From a virus, in IMG/VR virus record IMGVR_UViG_3300045988_169928, positions 1 to 64,000 of that record: a stretch of 64,000 bases of DNA; one strand, 5' to 3'. Positions 7,039-16,714 of the stretch are shown one piece after another. Below the pieces are notes generated by a model. It did no database searches and was not told the origin of the DNA. It was given only the letters and a program-made list of their open reading frames with translations. The position numbers and the translations under genes are program-made. Position 1 is the first letter of the stretch. The number at the start of each line of letters is the position of its first letter.

Positions 7039-7812
7039 TTAACCGTCAACCTCAATTTCTAGTCTTTCATGGTCACTAACTAACTCAATGCTTACTCCCG
7101 GAATAGAATCTTGATCAGTTAAGTCGTAAACATATGGCTTAACAATCACTTTTTTATAATCATAGATATTAACTAATGTATCTTCTTGGCTTAGACACAG
7201 ACGATACTTTTCCATTCCTTCTCGATCAGTGGGGTTCTCAAAAGTTATTCTTGATACACTTTGCTCATCATTTAAACGTTGACGCCTAATGATATGTTCT
7301 GTTGCCAGATTATAGCTAACTTGACGCCCTAACAAACCTAGGTTAAGCAAGTCTATAAGGTTAAAAATGTTAGTCTTATTCATCTTAACCTTGGTAAACA
7401 CAAAGGGCGTTTCATAAGTGTACTTAGCCATTAACAGATTATAGACTAACCCGGCGTCTGTAATTCTAATGATTACATAGGGACGATCATTAAAGGTAAA
7501 CGGGCGGTAGCTAAACGTTGGGTGTACTAATGTGACCCCCCACCTCCGGTAACCATCTAAACTCTGATATAACCCACTCGGGTTATCATTTAGATAAGTA
7601 GTTAGGGGTTCTTCATGGTCGTAGGTAACAAACTCCAGATGGCTAAAATCATCGGTTTGTCCCAATACTACCCAGTAGGTTTCATGCCGGTAGATTTCAT
7701 GGATTGTCTTAGTGTGTGCTAGGTTAATACTCATGTTAATTAGCTTATAATCTTGAAACCCCTTCTTGAGGAAACCTTGATGGGTCTTAATAGTTGAATA
7801 GGAATAAGCCAT
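7039..7812 (-). CDS. hypothetical protein (257 aa)
   Basis: Long ORF, tightly packed. Confidence 0.6.
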   Translation of the reverse strand: MAYSYSTIKTHQGFLKKGFQDYKLINMSINLAHTKTIHEIYRHETYWVVLGQTDDFSHLEFVTYDHEEPLTTYLNDNPSGLYQSLDGYRRWGVTLVHPTFSYRPFTFNDRPYVIIRITDAGLVYNLLMAKYTYETPFVFTKVKMNKTNIFNLIDLLNLGLLGRQVSYNLATEHIIRRQRLNDEQSVSRITFENPTDREGMEKYRLCLSQEDTLVNIYDYKKVIVKPYVYDLTDQDSIPGVSIELVSDHERLEIEVDG

Positions 7813-7816
7813 GATC

Positions 7817-8410
7817 TTACTTCCCTTCGTAGTAAGCCTTTAGCATTTCAGTCGGGTTGGATAAATCATCAAGTAACCCTTGTTGATCAACTTGCTTAAT
7901 TAATTCCATTAGGGTTGGGATAACCTCATTATGAATTTCTGGGGATTCCTGCTTCTCTAGATCATAGTATGCGGAGGGTGATAATTCTAGGTTACCAGTT
8001 TCAATAACATTATCGACTAGTTCTTCCCAATCCAGATGATCGATCATTGGAGTTTGATAATCAGATAAAGCATTAATCATTACCCCATAGAAAACTAAGG
8101 CGTCCTCCTTTTCTGCCTGTTCCTTGAGTTCGTTAAGTCGTAAGATTAGTTTATCTACGTTGTGACCATAAGGGCTAACATTAAGAACCTTAATTGTAGC
8201 CTTAAAGAGTTGATCTACATCATGACTGTTCTTAGCCAATTGATTAGCTAACTGCTTGTAAGTATCTAAACCATAAGGGATAACATACTTATGATCACCC
8301 AAAATAATAAAAGTAACTTCTTCCAACGGTTGAATTTGAATTGGCTTTTCATTCAGTTCAGTAAAGTAGATTGTTCGATTCTTTGACATTAAGTTAAAAC
8401 GCATTATCAT
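7817..8410 (-). CDS. hypothetical protein (197 aa)
   Basis: ORF. Confidence 0.6.
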   Translation of the reverse strand: MIMRFNLMSKNRTIYFTELNEKPIQIQPLEEVTFIILGDHKYVIPYGLDTYKQLANQLAKNSHDVDQLFKATIKVLNVSPYGHNVDKLILRLNELKEQAEKEDALVFYGVMINALSDYQTPMIDHLDWEELVDNVIETGNLELSPSAYYDLEKQESPEIHNEVIPTLMELIKQVDQQGLLDDLSNPTEMLKAYYEGK

Positions 8411-8417
8411 TACTCCT

Positions 8418-9128
8418 TTAATTCATCTCTAGGCCAGCACGGTCTAGTTGTTTCAGCAATTCCTTACCTTCTTTAGTCGCCCCAATTTGAGTTAAGATCT
8501 CCTGTGATCGTTGTTCAAGGGCTTGTAAGGCTTCTTGTTGTCTAGTCTTAGGGACATACTGTAAGAACACTTCGGTCATCGCCGTTTGTTGGGCTTGCAT
8601 GATTAACTGATACTGCTTGAGGGCTTCACCAGTCAATCCTCGGTTCTTGGCGCCGTAATACTTCTCATATAATTCTAGGGTTTTCAACACTACCGGCAGG
8701 TCAATAAAGTCACTCTCTTGGATTGTGTGCATTCCCTTCTTGAGTAGCTCCTCTAACAACTGCTCCGAACTATAAACAGGAATAGGTTTGGCAACCCCCG
8801 TTTCTGGTTCCCCTGTATAGCCAGTAGCGTGTTCTAGAACATCTTCTAAACTAGCTTCTTGTTCTGCTGTATGTTCCTTGATCTCTTTCTTGGAGGAACG
8901 TTTATCTCCTAACATTTCAATTGGTACCCCAGTTTCTCGTGATTCGGTTAGTTTATCCTTTAAATGGGTTAAACCAGCGGTACTCATTTTATATCCTTTA
9001 GTTGCTAAGTATTTCAGAATATATCGGTACGATTGTTTCTGATCTAGCATATTGACCACTTTACTGTATAGTGGTTGGTCTGCAATTAATTCTTTTAGAC
9101 TAAGACTTTGTAATTCCTTCTTGGCCAT
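8418..9128 (-). CDS. hypothetical protein (236 aa)
   Basis: ORF with an RBS AGGGG upstream. Confidence 0.6.
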   Translation of the reverse strand: MAKKELQSLSLKELIADQPLYSKVVNMLDQKQSYRYILKYLATKGYKMSTAGLTHLKDKLTESRETGVPIEMLGDKRSSKKEIKEHTAEQEASLEDVLEHATGYTGEPETGVAKPIPVYSSEQLLEELLKKGMHTIQESDFIDLPVVLKTLELYEKYYGAKNRGLTGEALKQYQLIMQAQQTAMTEVFLQYVPKTRQQEALQALEQRSQEILTQIGATKEGKELLKQLDRAGLEMN

Positions 9129-9386
9129 CTTATTTCACCCCTAGGCTATTTTACCATAATATATACTAAACACTCCACAAGTTATTTTTAAACCCCCTAG
9201 AAGCCTATTTATGAGCTAATAAGGGGCTATTATGAGGGGAATATAGTTAGGATAAAACCTAGTAAAATCAGGGGGTTAGCTTTATCGAAAGGTTGTTTAC
9301 ATTTGTTAGTTAAACTATTAAATATAACTACCCCTTTTAAACTAACTTTTACCCAGAATTAGGTTAAAATTATGGTGTTAATTAAA

Positions 9387-9740
9387 CTACTTGGATTCTA
9401 CTTTCTTAGTTGTAGTAGTTTTCTTACGAGTAGCCGTAGTCTTAGTCCGATGGGTAGTCTTAGGCTTGCTGGGCTTTTGCTTGTCCTCCTCAACCAGTGG
9501 AAAGAAACCAACCTCAACCCGTGAGAAATTGTCAACCCGAGTTACCTTGACTTCTTGGTGGTTGCTAGTCAATTGAACCTTAAAGGATTGATTCCCCTTG
9601 TTAGGTACACTAACAACAAACCCGGGAACTTGCTGAACTCGAACTGCTTCGTTAAGCACTGCTTGTTGGTAATACTTCTTAAATCCTTCACTAGCAATAA
9701 ACTTGTATAATGGTTCCTTGATATATTCTTTACTAATCAT
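9387..9740 (-). CDS. small protein with a Lys/Thr-rich basic C-terminal tail (possible DNA-binding protein)
   Basis: The C-terminus reads KPSKPKTTHRTKTTATRKKTTTTKK. The call is a guess from composition. Confidence 0.45.
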   Translation of the reverse strand: MISKEYIKEPLYKFIASEGFKKYYQQAVLNEAVRVQQVPGFVVSVPNKGNQSFKVQLTSNHQEVKVTRVDNFSRVEVGFFPLVEEDKQKPSKPKTTHRTKTTATRKKTTTTKKVESK

Positions 9741-10292
9741 TTAATACTCCTTATATTTTCGACGTTTAGATTCATTCTTGTTTCTAATTCTAACATACTT
9801 ATGGTTGCTAAACCGCCCTTTATCGCCCTTACCCTTCGATACTGATTTCCCGAGGGCTTTTAATCTCATGGTTTCGCTGTTGGCACCACTAATACTAGGG
9901 TTTAAGTTTGGTTGACGGTTGAAGAAATCTTCTGAACTGGTTCTAAAGCGGTAGTTATAGTTAATCTTAACATCATCTTCATTTAAGATTTGGACGGTAA
10001 CATAAAGTTTACCCGCTACAATGGCACCCGTTCTAACACTATGAACTTCGGTAACAGTAGACAGATTTTGTTCTTCATGTATTAACTTAAACTGAATTAG
10101 CCTTGGGTCTAAATGTTCATATCTAGACACCAAGTCCCGCCCATAGTTCAGATAATTCTTTAGATGAGCAGTTGTAAGGTGGTTTAGGGTGGTGTTAAAG
10201 CCTTGCAGGTAAAAACCCTTTTCTGACATCATATAGCTTTTACCGGTTAAGCTAACTCCCCGTAAACTAATGCTTTCTTTCTGTTTAGTCAT
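9741..10292 (-). CDS. hypothetical protein (183 aa, basic C-terminus)
   Basis: ORF. Confidence 0.55.
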   Translation of the reverse strand: MTKQKESISLRGVSLTGKSYMMSEKGFYLQGFNTTLNHLTTAHLKNYLNYGRDLVSRYEHLDPRLIQFKLIHEEQNLSTVTEVHSVRTGAIVAGKLYVTVQILNEDDVKINYNYRFRTSSEDFFNRQPNLNPSISGANSETMRLKALGKSVSKGKGDKGRFSNHKYVRIRNKNESKRRKYKEY

Positions 10293-10942
10293 ACTTGATA
10301 CCCCGTTGTATCATGAACATAAGTGTCATGAAAATGATAACGTTGTAACGGGTGTGATAGGCTAGTTTTATGGTAAGCATATAAACTAGCAATTAATCGT
10401 TGGGCTTGAGCAGTGGGAATCCGATTAAAATGATAAGACAAACTCTTGCGAGTATAATAAGTTGACCCCTCTAAATACTTGAGGATAGTAGCCCGTTCAC
10501 TACGCCACAGTAACCTCGAACTATCCTTTGTGTTAACTCGAGGACTAAGAGTAGCAGGCTTGATTAAACCTAATAGAGGGGCTGATTCAAACTCCTCATA
10601 GGAGATCAAACCAACCCAATACAGTTTAAGTTCCGTTAGTAAATGCTTAACTTTGTCAATTAACTTGTCTTGACAGAGTACATAAACATAGTTGCAAACT
10701 AAACTATAAGATTCTAATTGGTGAGGCAACCGAGCTAAAGTATCATGAATGGTCTTAATCTCAATCCCGATAATTCCTTGGGTACTACTACATAAGAGAA
10801 CATCAGAGATAACCCGTTTATTTAACTTTTTCTCGTATAAGATACATGATTGACCAAGTTTACCAACGTCATTTTCAAACAGTTCTTGATTATGCAAGAC
10901 ACTGTTCTTAATCTCATCTTCGTATAAATTATCCATTCCCAT
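10289..10942 (-). CDS. hypothetical protein, possible PD-(D/E)xK-like fold
   Basis: Motif GIIGIEIK. Weak. Confidence 0.45.
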   Translation of the reverse strand: MGMDNLYEDEIKNSVLHNQELFENDVGKLGQSCILYEKKLNKRVISDVLLCSSTQGIIGIEIKTIHDTLARLPHQLESYSLVCNYVYVLCQDKLIDKVKHLLTELKLYWVGLISYEEFESAPLLGLIKPATLSPRVNTKDSSRLLWRSERATILKYLEGSTYYTRKSLSYHFNRIPTAQAQRLIASLYAYHKTSLSHPLQRYHFHDTYVHDTTGYQV

Positions 10943-11489
10943 ACCTGAAATAGTCCATGTAGTTACGATACATTGGTTCTAAGTAACCTTGCCACTTACT
11001 AAAATCAACCACTTCCTTAGTCCAGTAAACGTGGTGAAAACCAATAAAGATACCAGTCATTTCTGGTTCTACATACCGATTAGAAATTGGGCCATCATAA
11101 TTATCTGGCTTCATTTCATAGAAACCTAAACAATAGCTATTAGTATCAGTATCAATCCCATCTGTAACTGGACTAACAAAGATGGACGGCTTATAAACCA
11201 ATACTTGTCTAGTAGCTTCATGGGGCTTAACTAAACTCATATCTTTGCTTAGATCAGTTGATTCACTATCAAACCGCTGTACTCGTTGGGTCTTAATTAA
11301 TGACTTCTTTGCTAAGACTTTTAAATCCTTACTTTTGTTATATTCCCTTAAACTGGCCTTACTAAATTCATAGGCCAAGATCAGACTACCATCGTCACCC
11401 GTTACTTGTTCTACATAATAATAGGGTTTGTCATTATATACGACTACCCCAGATAAAACTTCTAAGTTATTGTTCATTTTGATCACCAT
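10929..11489 (-). CDS. hypothetical protein (186 aa)
   Basis: ORF. Confidence 0.55.
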   Translation of the reverse strand: MVIKMNNNLEVLSGVVVYNDKPYYYVEQVTGDDGSLILAYEFSKASLREYNKSKDLKVLAKKSLIKTQRVQRFDSESTDLSKDMSLVKPHEATRQVLVYKPSIFVSPVTDGIDTDTNSYCLGFYEMKPDNYDGPISNRYVEPEMTGIFIGFHHVYWTKEVVDFSKWQGYLEPMYRNYMDYFRYGNG

Positions 11490-11967
11490 TTACTAAGGTT
11501 AAGGGCATTACCACGTTATCTTCTTCTAAACCTTTACCATACTTAATGGCGCTCTCTTTATTAGGAAAGGCAAACAATTCCTGCTTTTCATTTAGGATAA
11601 GTTGTCCATCTTTATGAGCTAGAAAGTAAACTGTATCAGGAATATAATTATCAATTGCCTTTTCTGAAAGAAGATAGGCTGTGTGCTTATTTTTCTTTTC
11701 ATCTTCATAGTGAACAATTAGTTTGTCCCAGAAAAACATCAAGGAAGATTGTCCACAGCTATAAGAATAAAACATTGACCGGTCAAAACTAACAAAAGTG
11801 ACTAAATATAAGATTAAATCTAACCACCATACCCGCATGAAAAAGTCGGTAATCATAACAGTCCCAATAGCAATAAATGAAATTAATAGATATATAGACG
11901 CTTTGAAACTCCAGTATTCTGGAGATTGGTTAAGTATCTTTTGGGTTTGTTCTTTAACTTTAGACAT
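11467..11967 (-). CDS. integral membrane protein (166 aa)
   Basis: Two to three hydrophobic helices (LLISFIAIGTVMITDFF..., LDLILYLVTFVSF). Confidence 0.55.
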   Translation of the reverse strand: MSKVKEQTQKILNQSPEYWSFKASIYLLISFIAIGTVMITDFFMRVWWLDLILYLVTFVSFDRSMFYSYSCGQSSLMFFWDKLIVHYEDEKKNKHTAYLLSEKAIDNYIPDTVYFLAHKDGQLILNEKQELFAFPNKESAIKYGKGLEEDNVVMPLTLVNGDQNEQ

Positions 11968-11978
11968 ATCACTGCTCC

Positions 11979-13472
11979 TTATAAGAAGGTGAAAATTGGT
12001 TGAATACCTTCTTCATTACTTAATATCATTAATTGGCTAGGAGCGCTGGCTACCCCTAAGGAATTGGAGTAATCAGTTGACCCAATTACTGAACCAGTCT
12101 GTAAGACTAGCTTACGATTACCAACTTCGTGAGCTTGTAATGAATGTAAGTGTCCACCAATTACGGCGTCTAAAGGTGTATCTAAGAAGGTAGAGAGTTT
12201 CCCTAAAATATCCTTGTTAGCTAACTTGTCCTTGTCACCATGCACAAACAGAAGATTGTTCCCATGATCTTGGACTAAGTGACGATACTCATCTTCGGGG
12301 TCTAACACATATAAATTCTTAATATCCTTAGTGGCAGTATCAATAATAGTTCGAGCTACTAAACTAACCCCGTCTTGCGGTAATTCATCTTTCTTGTCGG
12401 GAGCGAACCGGTCATGATTACCCTCAATTTCGGTATAGGTAAAGGTAAGATCAGGATAGGTGTTGCATAGCATTGACATAAAGTTAACCATAGCTGACGA
12501 TCCCCAACGGATTTGTTGAGCCAACGTCCCTTGAACAGACCAACCTTGGTTCTTACGCATTTGAACATTTTCGACTAGATCACCCATCATTACCACATTA
12601 ACTTCCTTGGGGTGGTACAGACGAATGGTTTCCTTGGCTTTGTTCAGGTACTTAGTTAAACGAACGTTAGCCTCATCTGTATTATAACTGACTAAGGTAC
12701 TGGAATTGAGCTTTTGAACGGCTCCCATGTGAACGTCAGAGATACATACGAACAAGGTGTTATCTTCTTGGTCATAGGTTTCTACATCTTCCTTGCTTGG
12801 TTGCGTAACAATCAAGGGTTCTGCCATCGCTTCAATGATGGCTTGCTTCGTCAATGCAACGTCAGATAACACCCGGCGAGCCTTGTTAATGTGTCGTTGG
12901 TCATTCTGTAAGGCCCGCTTACGAGTTGCTAAGATACCTAATTCATCTGTTAAGGTCTCCTGTAAGAAACGAGCTTGCTTCGGGCTTTTCTTAACGGACG
13001 GTTGTTCTTTCATCTCATCTAGGACGGCCAATACCTTGTCCTTAAACTCTTGCTTACTTGAAAAGATCAAGTCATGCTTAGCACTTAACTTTTCTACCTT
13101 ACGCCACGAGAACGTGTGACTAGGACTAGATTGTTGTAACTCATCGACAATCAAAGCAATGTTCTTTAGATCCTCTAGGGTTACTTGGTGAGGGTGATTA
13201 TCCTTACCAATATACTTATAAGTATCGGTACTCGTAACATCATCTTGATAGATGGAGTTTAGATCTTTACCTAGCTTGTATTGTAGATAAACCTTATTAG
13301 CTTCACTATCCTTAACACTAACTTCACCAACAAGTTTCATTAATTCTTGTTGATTAACTGGGTCTAAACCATAGTCCTTAAAGTAAGAATTAACTAAGCT
13401 AAGACTAACACTATTCTGGTACTGATTGGCTAAATGTCCTAAAACAGCCCAAGTAATTTCTTTGCTTTGCAT
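11979..13472 (-). CDS. sbcD: SbcD/Mre11-like metallophosphoesterase nuclease with a 230-aa N-terminal extension
   Basis: Calcineurin-like motifs are present: DVHMG (motif I), GDLVEN (motif II), GNHD (motif III), and downstream GGHLH/H motifs. The first roughly 230 aa lie outside the catalytic core. Confidence 0.75.
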   Translation of the reverse strand: MQSKEITWAVLGHLANQYQNSVSLSLVNSYFKDYGLDPVNQQELMKLVGEVSVKDSEANKVYLQYKLGKDLNSIYQDDVTSTDTYKYIGKDNHPHQVTLEDLKNIALIVDELQQSSPSHTFSWRKVEKLSAKHDLIFSSKQEFKDKVLAVLDEMKEQPSVKKSPKQARFLQETLTDELGILATRKRALQNDQRHINKARRVLSDVALTKQAIIEAMAEPLIVTQPSKEDVETYDQEDNTLFVCISDVHMGAVQKLNSSTLVSYNTDEANVRLTKYLNKAKETIRLYHPKEVNVVMMGDLVENVQMRKNQGWSVQGTLAQQIRWGSSAMVNFMSMLCNTYPDLTFTYTEIEGNHDRFAPDKKDELPQDGVSLVARTIIDTATKDIKNLYVLDPEDEYRHLVQDHGNNLLFVHGDKDKLANKDILGKLSTFLDTPLDAVIGGHLHSLQAHEVGNRKLVLQTGSVIGSTDYSNSLGVASAPSQLMILSNEEGIQPIFTFL

Positions 13473-13563
13473 AATAAACCTCGCATTTATCTAAGAATTA
13501 ACCTTATTATACCACGAGGTCAATAAAAAAGCCATACCCAATTTAGGATATGACTTAAAGAAT

Positions 13564-13836
13564 TTAATGAGTGGAGGATCCACTGCCAGAAGTAGGAGAA
13601 GCAGACCCGCTTGTAGCCGATGAAGCCGATGTAGGTGAACTAGCACCCGTGACAGCGGTTGACCCAACAGCAACCTTTGGTGACATACGCCCATCGCCAT
13701 CTTCAAAAGCTACTTGATACTTGCTTGCGTCAACAGAAGCAATCCCCTTTAGAGTTACCGAGGAAGCTCCCGGATTTCCTTGCGCTACCAGTTGACCATT
13801 CTGATCGTAAGCATTCAAAATTAATGTACTTGCCAT
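13564..13836 (-). CDS. small protein with a Ser/Thr-rich tail (90 aa)
   Basis: Strong RBS GGAGG upstream. The C-terminus is SSPTSASSATSGSASPTSGSGSSTH. Confidence 0.45.
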   Translation of the reverse strand: MASTLILNAYDQNGQLVAQGNPGASSVTLKGIASVDASKYQVAFEDGDGRMSPKVAVGSTAVTGASSPTSASSATSGSASPTSGSGSSTH

Positions 13837-13855
13837 TTAAATTATTTCCTCCTTT

Positions 13856-14212
13856 CTAATTAATATAGCCCTGATGAATATTACCAATAATCGTGTAGGG
13901 CTTAATCAAAGCTAATTTGGGATTGTCAAAGGTAAATTGGCCAATCTTGTAAACTAACTTTTCTTTATCAAAATGAACCTTATATAAGTCCCCACCATTA
14001 CTTTCGATTAAATCACCATCATATATATCATGGCCCTTGCTATCTTGCTGGTGTAAGTTGTATTCAACTTTAAAGTCTTTGCCTACATGGCCAATTACGT
14101 CCATGAAGGTTAGGTTATTAGGGTCTAAGATGGTACCATCTTGAGCCAATACAAAGGTTGGTGTGTAATCATTGTATTCTTCACTCCAGATCCGATATTC
14201 ACTGTTATACAT
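13856..14212 (-). CDS. YopX-like protein
   Basis: C-terminal IIGNIHQGYIN resembles the YopX IGNI(Y/H)ENPELL hallmark. The N-terminal RIW motif also fits. Confidence 0.45.
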   Translation of the reverse strand: MYNSEYRIWSEEYNDYTPTFVLAQDGTILDPNNLTFMDVIGHVGKDFKVEYNLHQQDSKGHDIYDGDLIESNGGDLYKVHFDKEKLVYKIGQFTFDNPKLALIKPYTIIGNIHQGYIN

Positions 14213-14618
14213 TCTTTAAATACCCCCAACCATTAGAAACCACATCGACACCCGAGCCAAAAACGCCACAACAAACCCTATTATAACCATATATAGTAGC
14301 ATTATCACAAACTACAGCATATCCAGAAACATGAGCGTTATCATAAACCACAGCATTATCGCAAACCCAAGCATTACCTAAAACCATAGCATTACCATAA
14401 ACCTTAGCTTTATCACAAACTAGAGCATCTTCATAAACTTTAGCATTATTATAAACCCAAGCAGTATCAGATTGAGAAAGATTGTCATATCCTTCAATCC
14501 AGCCACCTAGATCGCCCTTCTTAACGTCCCCAAAGGACTTTACAGCCTTAATCTGATAAAGGGTATGGCCATCTACTTTCTTAGTGTGATGGGTTAATCT
14601 ATATTTCTTATTAAACAT
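14205..14618 (-). CDS. hexapeptide-repeat (left-handed beta-helix-like) protein, family member 1
   Basis: Six-residue periodicity A-x-V-x-(G/D)-(N/D/Y) over more than 12 turns. It shares the N-terminal domain (KY.LT..TK..GHTL.QIKA.KSFGDVKKGDLGGWIE.Y.NLSQS) with the other members. True start is MFNKKY. Confidence 0.6.
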   Translation of the reverse strand: MFNKKYRLTHHTKKVDGHTLYQIKAVKSFGDVKKGDLGGWIEGYDNLSQSDTAWVYNNAKVYEDALVCDKAKVYGNAMVLGNAWVCDNAVVYDNAHVSGYAVVCDNATIYGYNRVCCGVFGSGVDVVSNGWGYLKNV

Positions 14619-14638
14619 AATAGTAATCTCCTTAATCA

Positions 14639-15184
14639 TTAAGAAACCACAGCATTTCCGCGAACAAATGTAACCCCGCAAACACTAGCATAACCATGAA
14701 CTTTAGCATTACCATAAACTTTAGCTTTGTCCCAGACTTCGGCATTCCCATACACCATAGAATCACCATAAACCATAGAATCGTTAAAAACTATAGCGTG
14801 ACCATGAACTTTAGCATTATCACAAACTAGGGCACCATCATAAACTCTAGCACCACCATAGACCTCGGCACAGTCCCCAACCAGGGCATAATCAAAGACC
14901 TGGGCATGACCATGAACTTTAGCATTACCACAAACCCGAACATCACCATAAATCATGGCATGACCATAAACCAAAGCAGTATCAAAAACTTTAGCTTTAC
15001 CCCAGACCTTAGCTTTGTCATAAACCCAAGAATTACCAGATTGTGAGAGGTTAGAGTAACTTTCAATCCAGCCCCCTAAATCCCCCTTCTTTACATCACC
15101 AAAGGACTTTACAGCCTTAATCTGGTGAAGGGTGTGACCTTCTATTTCTTTAGTGTTATCTGTTAATTTATACTTCTTACTCAT
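14639..15184 (-). CDS. hexapeptide-repeat beta-helix protein, family member 2
   Basis: Same N-terminal domain and about 19 hexapeptide turns. Confidence 0.65.
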   Translation of the reverse strand: MSKKYKLTDNTKEIEGHTLHQIKAVKSFGDVKKGDLGGWIESYSNLSQSGNSWVYDKAKVWGKAKVFDTALVYGHAMIYGDVRVCGNAKVHGHAQVFDYALVGDCAEVYGGARVYDGALVCDNAKVHGHAIVFNDSMVYGDSMVYGNAEVWDKAKVYGNAKVHGYASVCGVTFVRGNAVVS

Positions 15185-15194
15185 AAGAAACTCC

Positions 15195-15863
15195 TTAGCC
15201 TTGTTGTCTTGATTTAACTAATTGTTCCGCAAAATGAACATACATCTCGTACATCTTTCCCGATAATTCCGAATCCTTGTATGCTTTCTTAATTAGTTCT
15301 TCCCCTGTTCCATCAAAACAACCCACGTGCCATCGCTGGTTAGACAAAACATAAACAAACTGTCTCCTCGATGACCAATTATTATTAAAGACTAGGTATG
15401 AACTATCGTCCTTAATATCATCATCTTCTCGAATGTTGATACTACTTTGAATTGCGCTATTACCATAAACTTTAGCATTCTTATATACTTGAGCATAACC
15501 ACAAACCATAGCATTACCATAAACCATAGCATTATCATAAACCCAAGCATGACCCATAACTTCTGCACTACCATATATCTGGGCATTATCACTTACTTGA
15601 GCATTACCTAGAATCTGTGTGTAATCAAAAACCTGTGCATTACCATAGACCCAAGCATTACCCCAAACTTCTGCATTACCATAAACTTCTGCATTTTCAC
15701 CAACCCAAGCATTACCAGAATGTGAGAGATTTAGGAAGCTTTCAATCCAACCACCTAGCTCACCCTTCCTTACGCCATCAAAAGACCTTAAAGCCTTAAT
15801 TCGATGAAGGACATGACCATCTACTACTTTAATGTTATCCGTTAATTCATACTTCTTGTTCAT
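15195..15863 (-). CDS. hexapeptide-repeat beta-helix protein, family member 3, with an extra 75-aa C-terminal domain
   Basis: Same family. The ORF-track start at 15926 reads through promoter B at 15899-15926, so the true start is MNKKYELTD. Confidence 0.65.
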   Translation of the reverse strand: MNKKYELTDNIKVVDGHVLHRIKALRSFDGVRKGELGGWIESFLNLSHSGNAWVGENAEVYGNAEVWGNAWVYGNAQVFDYTQILGNAQVSDNAQIYGSAEVMGHAWVYDNAMVYGNAMVCGYAQVYKNAKVYGNSAIQSSINIREDDDIKDDSSYLVFNNNWSSRRQFVYVLSNQRWHVGCFDGTGEELIKKAYKDSELSGKMYEMYVHFAEQLVKSRQQG

Positions 15864-15894
15864 AAGAAACTCCTTTCTTTTATCCTTTCGACAA

Positions 15895-15930
15895 CTATAT
15901 GATAACACGGCTAGGTAGATTGTCAACAGT
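15895..15930 (-). promoter_or_regulatory. type-B-like promoter (TTGACA-16-TATCAT)
   Basis: Plus tgtcaa 15921-15926 and atgata 15899-15904. Confidence 0.5.
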
Positions 15931-15944
15931 TTTTATAGAAATAG

Positions 15945-16640
15945 CTATTCTAGATACCCTTTGAGTTCCTCTACATACTCGTTTACTTCCTTGTTACTCA
16001 AATGATATTCTTTTTTAATGAACTCCAGACTTTCCCTTAATGAATATCCTTCTACTCCTACCATTAGTACAATCTCAATTAATGGTTCTACGTGTGATGA
16101 ATTGTTTTTAATCATACGAATCGTATTAATGGTAAACTCATCAATTTCATTATTATCACCTGTACTGATGATCTTGCTAATCACACTGTTCTTCTTTTTA
16201 GATTGTCCATAAGACAGTTTAGGCTGATCGTAGTTATAGTCAATTAAATCTTCCACGGTCAAAGTATCTGACTTCAACGGGGTAATATGTTGGTCATAGC
16301 GGTGTTTGTGTTCTAGGTAGCTACCACGAATGCGGATCTTCATCATCATTAAAATGTAGCCGGGAAAGTCTACATCGTTTTCCATATCGTATTCTTTTAC
16401 TAGATCAATGAATACTTCTGAGATATAAGCGTATAATTCTTGGCGATCAGTATAACTCATCTTAGTTTCTGTTCCACCATATAAACGGCCCAAGGACTTA
16501 ATCAAGTTATCATAGGTTTTAAGTAACTTTTCGGGATCCCGTAAAAAGGTTAGTTTATCACCCTTAGACCCAATGTAGATACCATTAAGTTCGTTAAAGA
16601 CATTCTTCTTATCATCATTATATCCAGTTTTATTAACCAT
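15945..16640 (-). CDS. putative phage sigma factor-like protein
   Basis: The segment YISEVFIDLVKEYDMENDVDFPGYILMMMKIRIRGSYLEH loosely resembles sigma region 2. It was not checked by search. Confidence 0.35.
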   Translation of the reverse strand: MVNKTGYNDDKKNVFNELNGIYIGSKGDKLTFLRDPEKLLKTYDNLIKSLGRLYGGTETKMSYTDRQELYAYISEVFIDLVKEYDMENDVDFPGYILMMMKIRIRGSYLEHKHRYDQHITPLKSDTLTVEDLIDYNYDQPKLSYGQSKKKNSVISKIISTGDNNEIDEFTINTIRMIKNNSSHVEPLIEIVLMVGVEGYSLRESLEFIKKEYHLSNKEVNEYVEELKGYLE

Positions 16641-16654
16641 AATTTACCCCTTTA

Positions 16655-16690
16655 ACACAAAAAAGCCTTAGCATAATGCTAAGACTATTT
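16655..16690 (-). terminator. Rho-independent terminator
   Basis: Palindrome cttagcat-a-atgctaag. On the minus strand it is followed by cttttttgtg. Confidence 0.55.
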
Positions 16691-16714
16691 CAACTTATTT
16701 ATTATAATTGTACA

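Noticed and set aside
6873-7079. 68-aa plus-strand ORF with an AAGGA RBS downstream of the rightward promoter
   Set aside because: The three 23-bp DNA repeats it spans fall in different reading frames, so conservation is at the nucleotide level. The product is low-complexity and Phe/Tyr/Leu-rich. I kept it only as a possibility within the regulatory-region finding.
12359-13119. Internal or antisense ORFs (12359..12568 minus, 12793..13119 plus) within the SbcD-like gene. Similar cases: 13491..13706, 13659..13859, 15392..15799, 16018..16212, 16873..17061, 18961..19254, 24024..24239, 26915..27317, many inside 31690..39954 and 45915..54052, 56818..57012, 57356..57613, 57701..57898, 59324..59638, 60884..62005 and 63346..63600
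   Set aside because: All are embedded in or antisense to longer, well-supported genes. They lack an RBS and a promoter and have biased composition typical of alternate frames.
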